Below, piece after piece: positions 56,908 through 64,000 of a DNA stretch of 64,000 bases. A program made the translations under genes and the position numbers. The DNA comes from Dehalococcoidia bacterium (lineage in GTDB: Bacteria; Chloroflexota; Dehalococcoidia; UBA2979), in contig JALOAL010000003.1 in assembly GCA_023228825.1 (NCBI GenBank), positions 198,958-262,957 of the forward strand. Reading direction: 5' to 3'. The notes below the pieces were generated by a model, which saw only the letters and a list, made by a program, of their open reading frames with translations, was not told where the DNA came from and did not search any database. Position 1 is the stretch's first letter, and the number at the start of each line of letters is the position of its first letter.

Positions 56908-57360
56908 CTACGGGCGAGATCCCCGATCTATCACCACGAACGTGCCTGTCCCGGACCCCACCAGCGTCCCCTGGGCGTCGAAGCACTCGCACGTACAGTG
57001 CCACACGGAGCGGCCTCGGCGCAGGACGCGTCCCACGGAGCGCAGCGTCTCGCCGGCGATGGGCCGCAGCCATCGGAAGTCGGACTGCGAGGTGACCACG
57101 CGCTGCTCCGGCTCGATCAGCGTCCGCACCGCGCCACCCATCGCGGTGTCCGAGATCAGCGTCCACATGCCGCCGTGGAGGACCCCGTCCGCGTTCAGCA
57201 CGGGCGGCGTGATGCGCAGCGTGACCTCCAGCCAGCCCTCGCCGCCGTCCGTAATGTCGAAGCCAAGCAGGTCGTAGATCGGCGCACGCAGCGCCCGAGG
57301 CAGCGCGAGCCAGTCCCGCTCCACCCGCCCTACCGGTTGCGCGTCTGCGGCGTCCACCAT
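56908..57360 (-). CDS. PaaI-family thioesterase (hotdog)
   Basis: GVLHGGMWTLISDTAMG signature. ATG at 57360 chosen because the track ORF extension overlaps znuB out of frame. Confidence 0.65.
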   Translation of the reverse strand: MVDAADAQPVGRVERDWLALPRALRAPIYDLLGFDITDGGEGWLEVTLRITPPVLNADGVLHGGMWTLISDTAMGGAVRTLIEPEQRVVTSQSDFRWLRPIAGETLRSVGRVLRRGRSVWHCTCECFDAQGTLVGSGTGTFVVIDRGSRP

Positions 57361-57397
57361 CTCGAGGCCCCCTCGGCACGTGGCGAGATCGTAGCCG

Positions 57398-58294
57398 TCA
57401 GGCCGGGGGCGTGTCCTCCAGCGCATGGGCGTGGTGCGCGTGGTGGCGGCCCTGGCGGCGGAGAAGCGCCTGCGCCACCAGGCCGTGCTTCGGCGCCAGG
57501 ACGAGAGACACCAGGAACACCGCGGTCGCCGTGAGGACGATCGTCGCGCCGGCGGAGGAACCGGCGTGGTAGGAGATGTAGAGGCCCACCACCCCGCTCC
57601 CTGCACCAATCGCGCCACCGAACGCCATCATGTGGTCCAGCCGGTCCGTGAGCAGCCGCGCGGCCGCCGCCGGGGTGACCACCAGGGCCAGGATCAGGAT
57701 GTTGCCCACGGACTGCAGCCCCACCACGATCGTGGCGGTCACCAGCAGTAGCAGCAGCAGGTCCAGCCAGAACACGGGATAGCCCAGCGTCTTCGCCAGC
57801 GTCACGTCGAAGGCGACCATGGCGAGTTCCTTGAGCAGCAGGAACAGGATTGCCAGCACCACCACCAGGATGATCGCAGACACCAGTACGTCCGTGGTGG
57901 AGATGCCCAGGATGCTGCCGAACAGCAGGCTCCCCAGGTCGCGCGTGAACCCGGTCTGACGGCTGATCAGCACGATGCCCACAGCGAAGAACGCCACGAA
58001 CAGCACGCCGATGGCCGTGTCCTCCGAGACACGTCGGTTGCGCGTCAGCACACCGATGCCCACCGCCGTCAGCGCCCCCACCACCAGGGCGCCCAGCAGG
58101 ACGCTGGCGCCTGCCAGGTAGGCCACCACCACGCCGGGGAACACTGCGTGCGCCAGCGCGTCGCCGATGAACGCCAGTCCCCGCAACACCACGAGCGTGC
58201 CCACGACGCCCGAGAGGATGCCGACGATCACGATCTCCGCCAGCGCGCGCTGCATGAACGGGTACTGCAGCGGGTCCAGCAGCAGGTCGCTCAC
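57398..58294 (-). CDS. znuB: metal (Zn/Mn) ABC transporter permease, ABC-3 family
   Basis: ABC-3 permease pattern, 8-9 TM, His-rich C-terminal tail RHHAHHAHAL. Confidence 0.8.
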   Translation of the reverse strand: MSDLLLDPLQYPFMQRALAEIVIVGILSGVVGTLVVLRGLAFIGDALAHAVFPGVVVAYLAGASVLLGALVVGALTAVGIGVLTRNRRVSEDTAIGVLFVAFFAVGIVLISRQTGFTRDLGSLLFGSILGISTTDVLVSAIILVVVLAILFLLLKELAMVAFDVTLAKTLGYPVFWLDLLLLLLVTATIVVGLQSVGNILILALVVTPAAAARLLTDRLDHMMAFGGAIGAGSGVVGLYISYHAGSSAGATIVLTATAVFLVSLVLAPKHGLVAQALLRRQGRHHAHHAHALEDTPPA

Positions 58295-59040
58295 GCGAAC
58301 ACCGCCAGTTGGCCGCCGAACGTGGCCCGCAGCGTCTCCGGCGTGAACGTCTCCTCCGTGGGGCCGAAGGCCACCAGGCGGCGGTTGATGCAGGCGATGG
58401 ACGTGGTCATCTCCTGCACCTCGTCCAGGTCGTGCGTGGCGACCAGCACGATCACCCCGTCCGCCGCGAAGGCGCGGATCACCGCGTGCAGCACCGCCCG
58501 GTTCGCCGTGTCCACGCCGGTGAACGGCTCGTCCAGCAGCACCAGGCGAGGCTCCTGCGCCAGCGCACGCGCCAGGAAGATGCGCTGCTGCTGGCCCCCG
58601 GAAAACTCCGAGATGTGGTTGTGCTCCATCCCCCCCAGCCCCATGCGCTGCAGGGACTCGAGGGCGATACGCCGGTCCTCCCGGTCCGGCCGCCGAAACC
58701 AGCCGATGTCGCGGTTACGGCCCATCAGCACCACGTCCAGCGCGCTGCCCGGGAACCCCCAGTGCACGTCCTCCCGCTGGGGCACGAAGGCGAGGCGGCC
58801 TCGATGCTCGCTCAGGGGCCGGCCGCCGAGGGTCACGCGGCCGGAGCGCAGCGGGAGGACGCCGGCCACGGCCTTCAGCAGCGTGCTCTTGCCCCCGCCG
58901 TTGGGGCCGATGATCCCCACCACCTCGCCCCGGCCCACCTCGAACGAGACGGGGGCAAGGTCAAACGTGGAGCCGGCGTAGCCGGCCGAGACGCCGTCCA
59001 GCACCAGGCGGGCGTCCGCGTCCAGGGGCGGCGCGGTCAC
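58291..59040 (-). CDS. znuC: metal ABC transporter ATP-binding protein
   Basis: Walker A GPNGGGKST, signature FSGGQQQR, Walker B LVLLDEPFTG, H-loop VATHD. Confidence 0.85.
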   Translation of the reverse strand: MTAPPLDADARLVLDGVSAGYAGSTFDLAPVSFEVGRGEVVGIIGPNGGGKSTLLKAVAGVLPLRSGRVTLGGRPLSEHRGRLAFVPQREDVHWGFPGSALDVVLMGRNRDIGWFRRPDREDRRIALESLQRMGLGGMEHNHISEFSGGQQQRIFLARALAQEPRLVLLDEPFTGVDTANRAVLHAVIRAFAADGVIVLVATHDLDEVQEMTTSIACINRRLVAFGPTEETFTPETLRATFGGQLAVFA

Positions 59041-60023
59041 CGGAGCGCCTCCGCGATGCGCCGGGCGTTGTGGAGCAGCATCCCGTCCACCGTGTCCGCG
59101 CCGGAGCCCTCCGGGCCCAGCGTGTCGCTGTAGAGGTCCGTCACCACACGCACGCCGGTGTCCTCCGCCAGACGCTCCACCAGCCTCGGATCCACCGAAC
59201 TCTCCGCGAAGATCGCGCGTACGCCCTCCCGCTCGATCAGCCCCTGGAGTTCTGCGAGCGCACGCACCGAGGCCTCCGCGCCGCTGGCCGTCGCGGGGAT
59301 CACCGCCCCCACGAACTGGAGGCCGTAGCGGTCCAGGAAGTAGCCCAGCGAGTCGTGCGCGGAGACCACCTTGCGGTGCTCCACCGGGACCGTCTCCAGC
59401 AGCGCCCGCACCTCCGCGTCCACCTCGTCCAGTCGCTGGGCGTAGGCGTCCGCATTGGCCCGGAACGCCGCCGCCCGCTCCGGGAACGCCTCGGCGAGGG
59501 CATCCGCGATGTTGGCGACCATCACCTGCACCCGCTCGGGGTCGTGCCAGACGTGCGGATCGAGGTCGCCCTCGTGCCTGTGGCCGTCGTCCTCGGCGTG
59601 TTCGCCATGCTCAGCGTCGTCATCGTGGTCCTGCGCGTCGCGGTCGGTCGAGCGGAGCGCGATACCGTCCGTGACGGTGACTACATGGCGCACCCCCGCG
59701 CCGGCGATGGCGCCGTCCAGGAAGTCGTCCAGGCCGATGCCGTTGCGGAGCACCACGGCCGCGCGCGAGAGACGGGCGACCTCGGCGGGCGACGGCTCGT
59801 AGTCGTGCGGGTTCACGCCGGGCGCCAGCAGCGTCGCCACCTCGACCGTCTCACCGCCCTCGAGCACCTCGCTGCCCACGACCTCCCGCGCGAGGGCGCC
59901 GATCTGGCTGGTGGTAGCCATCACCAACGTGCCCTCCCCCGCGTCGCCGTCCGCCCCGCAGGCCGCGAACAGCAACGAGAGGCCGAGGAGGAGCGCGACA
60001 GGAACGGTGCGGCGGAAGGGCAT
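59037..60023 (-). CDS. znuA: zinc ABC transporter substrate-binding lipoprotein
   Basis: Lipobox LLFAAC. Cluster-9 SBP fold with an acidic/His-rich loop DHDDDAEHGEHAEDDGHRHEGDLDPHVWHDP characteristic of ZnuA. Confidence 0.85.
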   Translation of the reverse strand: MPFRRTVPVALLLGLSLLFAACGADGDAGEGTLVMATTSQIGALAREVVGSEVLEGGETVEVATLLAPGVNPHDYEPSPAEVARLSRAAVVLRNGIGLDDFLDGAIAGAGVRHVVTVTDGIALRSTDRDAQDHDDDAEHGEHAEDDGHRHEGDLDPHVWHDPERVQVMVANIADALAEAFPERAAAFRANADAYAQRLDEVDAEVRALLETVPVEHRKVVSAHDSLGYFLDRYGLQFVGAVIPATASGAEASVRALAELQGLIEREGVRAIFAESSVDPRLVERLAEDTGVRVVTDLYSDTLGPEGSGADTVDGMLLHNARRIAEALR

Positions 60024-60071
60024 GGGGGAATTCCCGTACTGAGCCTGAGTCTCGATTGGGCTCTGATGCTA

Positions 60072-60088
60072 TTGAAACCGAGTTTCAA
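60072..60088. promoter_or_regulatory. candidate Zur box (perfect 7-3-7 palindrome) between zur and znuA
   Basis: TTGAAAC-CGA-GTTTCAA, a perfect inverted repeat 16-33 bp downstream of zur and about 65 bp upstream of the znuA start. Resembles Fur/Zur operator half-sites. Confidence 0.5.
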
Positions 60089-60104
60089 CTGCAAGCGGGA
60101 ACGC

Positions 60105-60590
60105 CTACCCGGCGCGCGAGCCTCCCACGCGCGCCACCCCATCAGGCGCCGGCCCGTCCCTCGGCACCCCGTCTCTCGCAAGGCAGTCCGGGCAGCGTCC
60201 GTACACCTCCAGGCGGTGCGCCTCCACCGCATAGCCGGTCCGCGCCTGCACGTCTTCAAACACCGCCTCGAGGGCGTCCGAGGAGAAGTCCTGGACGGCG
60301 CCGCACTCCACGCATAGCAGGTGATGGTGGTGCTCCTCCGGCGCCAGGCGGTAGGCGAGCGCGCCCTGGTCCAGCACCACCTGGCAGACCACACCCAACT
60401 CCTGCAGGAGCCGGAGCGTGCGGAACACGGTGGCGCGGCCCACCTCCGGCGCGGCGCTCAGCACGTCGTCCGCGGCGAAGTGGTCACCCATGCCCTCCAT
60501 CACCTCCAGCAGGTGGCGACGAGGCCCCGTCAGGCGATAGCCCCGACGGGCGAGGAGGCGCGCGATGGCGTCTGCGGTAACGGCTGACAT
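60105..60590 (-). CDS. zur: Fur-family zinc uptake regulator
   Basis: Fur fold with HHHHLLCVECG...CPDC metal sites. Immediately upstream of znuACB on the same strand. Confidence 0.75.
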   Translation of the reverse strand: MSAVTADAIARLLARRGYRLTGPRRHLLEVMEGMGDHFAADDVLSAAPEVGRATVFRTLRLLQELGVVCQVVLDQGALAYRLAPEEHHHHLLCVECGAVQDFSSDALEAVFEDVQARTGYAVEAHRLEVYGRCPDCLARDGVPRDGPAPDGVARVGGSRAG

Positions 60591-60697
60591 GGTGTAGCCA
60601 TCGTCCGGGGGAGCCTGCGGCCTGTCAACGCGGGGCGGAGGCGGCAGTCCTGCGGTCCGCGCGCACTCGCTGTCATCGAACGCTCGGAACAGGCACA

Positions 60698-61978
60698 ATG
60701 GCGCCTGTGACTACTCGACACTGGCGCATGGTCCTGTGGGCCGCCATGCTCACGTCCGTCTGCTGGGTGGCGTGGAGCGCAAAACTGGCGCTGCTCCCGT
60801 TCGCCGTGGGCGCGGTGATCACGTACTCGCTGCAGCCCGTGGTGGACTGGATGGCCTCCTTCATCCCGGCCCGCACCCACCGGCACGACGTGTTCCGGCG
60901 CGGCGCGGTGGTCTTCTTCATCTACCTGGTCTTCTTCGGCTCCATCACCGGTGTGGGCCTGGCGGTGGTGCCTACCGCGGTGAACCAGACGGCGGAGATC
61001 TTCGCTGACCTCCCGCAGATCGTGGAGGAGGCGCGCCTCCAACTGACGGACTGGGTGGACCAGTACCGAGCGCAGTTGCCGGAGGAACTCCGCGACGAGA
61101 TCGACGGCGCCACGGAGGACCTGGGCGTGGCGGCCACGGACCTGGTCCTCAGCGTCCTCGGGGGCGGGGTGGGCGCCATCACCAGCACCCTGGCGCTGGT
61201 GTTCGGGTTCCTGGTGGTGCCGTTCTGGATGTTCTACGCCCTGCGCGACCGGCACTTCGTGGAGCGCAATTTCATGCGCGCCGTCCCGGACTCCGCCAAG
61301 GCCGACGTGGCGAACATCGGCCGCATCTCGGACTTCCTGCTGGGGCGCTACATCCGAGCACAACTGCTGCTGGGCGTGATCGTGGGCGTGGCGATCGCCC
61401 TGAGCATGACGCTGCTGGGGGTGCAGTTCTCCATCGGCCTGGGCCTCTGGGCGGGCATCACCGAGTTGATCCCCATCCTGGGCCCGTGGCTGGGGGCGGC
61501 TGCGGGCATGGTGGTGGTGCTGGCCACGGAGCCGGAACTCGCGATCTGGGTGGCCCTCATCTACTTCGTGGTGCAACAGGTGGAGAACAACCTGCTGGTG
61601 CCTCGCATCCAGGGCCGCGCCGTGGACATCCACCCGGCCATGGTGATCCTGCTGCTGGTGGTGGTGGGGTCGATCTGGGGGTTCCTCGGCATGCTGGTGG
61701 CCGTGCCCATTGCCGCCATCGCACGCGAGTTGTTCTGGTACGTGGACCGCAGGCTGCGAGGCGAGAGCCCGGCGGACGCCTACGCCCACAGCCACGTGGG
61801 CAAGCGCCAGATCGACATGCCTGCGGACGCCCACCTGGATTCGCCCGAAGCGATCACGGACGCGGAGGCGGCCTTCCTGGCGCGGGAGGCCCGCGCCCGG
61901 GGACGAGACCCAGAGACGACGCCGGAGAAGAGCCCGGAGAACGCCGGAGAGCCCGAGCGCAGCGAGGCGGGCGGCTAG
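60698..61978 (+). CDS. AI-2E family transporter (PerM/UPF0118)
   Basis: 8-TM pattern with the conserved ELIPILGPWLG segment typical of AI-2E transporters. Acidic C-terminal tail. Confidence 0.8.
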   Translation: MAPVTTRHWRMVLWAAMLTSVCWVAWSAKLALLPFAVGAVITYSLQPVVDWMASFIPARTHRHDVFRRGAVVFFIYLVFFGSITGVGLAVVPTAVNQTAEIFADLPQIVEEARLQLTDWVDQYRAQLPEELRDEIDGATEDLGVAATDLVLSVLGGGVGAITSTLALVFGFLVVPFWMFYALRDRHFVERNFMRAVPDSAKADVANIGRISDFLLGRYIRAQLLLGVIVGVAIALSMTLLGVQFSIGLGLWAGITELIPILGPWLGAAAGMVVVLATEPELAIWVALIYFVVQQVENNLLVPRIQGRAVDIHPAMVILLLVVVGSIWGFLGMLVAVPIAAIARELFWYVDRRLRGESPADAYAHSHVGKRQIDMPADAHLDSPEAITDAEAAFLAREARARGRDPETTPEKSPENAGEPERSEAGG

Positions 61979-62025
61979 CGTCGCCGGCTACCCTCGTCGG
62001 CCAGTGCATGCCGCCAGTGAATGCT

Positions 62026-62871
62026 CTAGCGAATGACCGTGCTGTCGCGCGTGAGCGTGGCCTGCAGCACCACGGGGCCATCGTCACCCGGCCCGCTCGC
62101 CACCAGGTAGAGGCGCACCGGCTCACGCTCGCCCTCCATGGTGAGTGCCACGGTGGCGTCGCCCTGCGGATCCGGGGTGAAGGTGCCGCCGTAGACCTGG
62201 CGTGAGGAGGGGTCCTCCAGCCAGACCTTGTAGGCACTGCCCAGCGGCAACGGCGGCAGGTCATAGACCAGCAGCACGCCCGCCGCGTTCACGTCGCTCC
62301 AGAGGTAAGAACCGTGGGCCCCGTGGGCGGCCGCCGTGGGCTCCAGCCGGATACGGCGGGTCTCCGGATCTGACTGCACGGCCAGGATCACCTGCTGATC
62401 CTTCAGCGCCGTCTCCAGGCGTACGCCTAGGTTCTGCGCCTGTTCCGCGTCCACGCTCACCTGGCCCAGGGCGTCCAGGCGCTTCGCGTCCGCCTCCACG
62501 ATCGCGGCCAGTGCCGCCTGGTCAGCGCGCAGGTCGCCAATGGTGGACTGGAGCGAGATGGCCCAGATGCTCACGATGGCCAGCGCCGCCGCGAGGCCGG
62601 CCGCCGGCAGGAAGCGCCGCCAGTGGTGGCGCTGGCGCCACGGGCCCGGCGTGCGGCGTGCGGCATGGATCACTCGGTCGCGCAGGTCCGGATCGGCCCG
62701 GCGGAGCGGGACGGAGAGCGCGATCATGTCCGCCAGGTCGCGGTACGCCTCGTACTCGCGTGCGGCGGCGGCGTCCGTGCGCACCAGGTAGTCCGCGTCC
62801 CGGGCGTCCGGGTCGCTGAGCGTGCCGAGCGCGAACCCGGCCAACAGTGCCTCGCGTTCCTCGGGCGTCAC
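62026..62871 (-). CDS. anti-sigma factor (RskA-like: N-terminal anti-sigma domain, one TM, extracytoplasmic domain)
   Basis: ATGA overlap with the upstream ECF sigma gene. TM helix LPAAGLAAALAIVSIWAI. Architecture as in anti-sigma-K. Confidence 0.65.
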   Translation of the reverse strand: MTPEEREALLAGFALGTLSDPDARDADYLVRTDAAAAREYEAYRDLADMIALSVPLRRADPDLRDRVIHAARRTPGPWRQRHHWRRFLPAAGLAAALAIVSIWAISLQSTIGDLRADQAALAAIVEADAKRLDALGQVSVDAEQAQNLGVRLETALKDQQVILAVQSDPETRRIRLEPTAAAHGAHGSYLWSDVNAAGVLLVYDLPPLPLGSAYKVWLEDPSSRQVYGGTFTPDPQGDATVALTMEGEREPVRLYLVASGPGDDGPVVLQATLTRDSTVIR

Positions 62872-63467
62872 GGGGCGCGCCGGTCCTTTCCCGCGGCCGG
62901 CCCCCCGGGGCGGGGGTGTCCGGCATCAACGAAGTCCGCCAGGGTCTCGCGCAGTTTGCGCATGCCCAGGCGGATCCTGGTCTTCACTGTACCCAATGGA
63001 TCGCCGGTCACCCCGGCGATCTCCACCTGTGTCAGTCCGGAGAAGTAGGCGAGTTCGATCGCTCGCCGCTGCTCCGGTGGCAGCCGGGTCATCGCCGCGC
63101 GGACCGCCTCGCGCTGTTCCGCCAGTTCGGCGCCCAGCGCGGGATCGTCCAGCCGGTCGGCGGTGGGGACGGCGGCAATCGGGCTGTCCTCGCTGTCCAC
63201 GTCCTCTGACCGGTTTCGCCGCGAGATGCGCCGCAGTTCGTCCAGCGCCCGGTTGCGCGTGACCGACATGAGCCAGGAGATGAACCGCCCGCGGTCCGGG
63301 TCGAACGAGGCCGGCTGCCGCCACAGGCGGAGGAAGACCTCTTGCGTAACGTCCTCCGCAAGTTGGGCGTCATGCAGAACCCGAAGGCTGACCGAGAAGA
63401 CCAGAGCGGAGTAACGGTCGTAGAGCGACTCCAGCGCCTCGATGTCCCCGCGGCCCAGCCCCTCCAT
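62868..63467 (-). CDS. ECF-subfamily RNA polymerase sigma-70 factor
   Basis: Region 2 (DVTQEVFLRLWRQ; SWLMSVTRNRALDELRR) and region 4 (LPPEQRRAIELAYFSGLTQVEIAGVTGDPLGTVKTRIRLGMRKLR). ATG at 63467 chosen; the start could be further upstream. Confidence 0.75.
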   Translation of the reverse strand: MEGLGRGDIEALESLYDRYSALVFSVSLRVLHDAQLAEDVTQEVFLRLWRQPASFDPDRGRFISWLMSVTRNRALDELRRISRRNRSEDVDSEDSPIAAVPTADRLDDPALGAELAEQREAVRAAMTRLPPEQRRAIELAYFSGLTQVEIAGVTGDPLGTVKTRIRLGMRKLRETLADFVDAGHPRPGGPAAGKDRRAP

Positions 63468-63788
63468 CAACTCGGCATCATCGGTCGCGCGTTCGGCCCT
63501 GGCGCGGGCGTCCGGCGACACACCCTCTCTCTGAGTTACGTCGTGCAGGCGCGCACGGATTCCCCCGCGTGCCGGCGTCGCACGGTCAGCGGCCGTACGA
63601 GCGCTCGCGGTGTGGTCAGGCTGCGGGCGCCCGCCGGGTGGCGGCGGCGCGTCCGGGTTGGCCGCGTCGGTCACGGCAGCCTCCCAACGATCGGGGGAGC
63701 GACGGGAGCGGAGTCCCAATCGTTCACAGCATCATACAGAAATACGTCGCCCTGACGGGAGCGTGGAGGTGGCAGATGTGAGCGTTTC

Positions 63789-63836
63789 GTGATCCGCTCA
63801 GACCGTGATCCGCTCAGACAGTGATCCGCTCAGACC
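63789..63836. repeat. 16-bp x3 tandem repeat overlapping the stop codon of the partial downstream gene
   Basis: gtgatccgctcagacc / gtgatccgctcagaca / gtgatccgctcagacc. On the coding (minus) strand each unit contains gtcTGA, and the first supplies the stop. Confidence 0.6.
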
Positions 63837-64000
63837 GCGTGGCCCGTGGTGAACAGCAGGCCTCGAGCGAGCACCTCGCCGGCCAGCACCGCCCCCAGGC
63901 CGATGTAGAGCAGCCCGGTGGCGGACATCATGCCTCGGATCTGCGCCGCCTTGAAGGCCAGCCAGGTCACGGCAATAGGGAACAGCAGGCCCACCCCCAC
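63830..64000 (-). CDS. partial CDS (C-terminus of a membrane protein), truncated by the window end
   Basis: Reverse frame reads ...VGVGLLFPIAVTWLAFKAAQIRGMMSATGLLYIGLGAVLAGEVLARGLLFTTGHAV-stop, hydrophobic TM-like. Confidence 0.35.
   Translation of the reverse strand: MGVGLLFPIAVTWLAFKAAQIRGMMSATGLLYIGLGAVLAGEVLARGLLFTTGHAV

Overview
This is a 64-kb chromosomal segment of a very high-GC (about 70%) bacterium. Its gene content (F420-type LLM oxidoreductase and nitroreductase, cytochrome P450, sufR-sufCBD-Rieske-sufSUT, ECF sigma plus RskA-like anti-sigma, LonC-type Lon-like protease, TmrAB-like heterodimeric ABC exporter) fits an Actinobacteria- or Chloroflexi-like lineage, but I cannot assign the taxon from sequence alone. 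The window is gene-dense, with many 4-bp stop/start overlaps (ATGA/GTGA) and frequent GTG/TTG starts. Because of the GC bias, most long antisense ORFs in the supplied track are spurious shadow frames, and several long track ORFs are artefactual fusions of neighbouring genes.

Recognisable operons are a heterodimeric ABC exporter pair, glcDEF glycolate oxidase, a complete suf Fe-S assembly cluster with SufR, zur-znuACB zinc uptake, and sigma/anti-sigma. The rest is mostly small-molecule, acyl-CoA and hotdog-fold metabolism. I found no rRNA, tRNA, CRISPR array, transposase or integrase.

The observations I would look at again are:
- A one-component LuxR-HTH/TM/LysM x2/M23 peptidase fusion.
- A LonC-type Lon-like protease cotranscribed with a HAD hydrolase and a cupredoxin-like protein.
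- Two paralogous secreted proteins with a shuffled shared domain and a G14 homopolymer in the leader of one.
- A block of four hotdog-fold genes with an HxlR regulator.
- An orphan YgiT/MqsA-type zinc-finger protein.
- A recurring pattern in which the stop codon of a gene lies inside the first unit of a short (11-17 bp) three-copy tandem repeat, seen at four unrelated genes.
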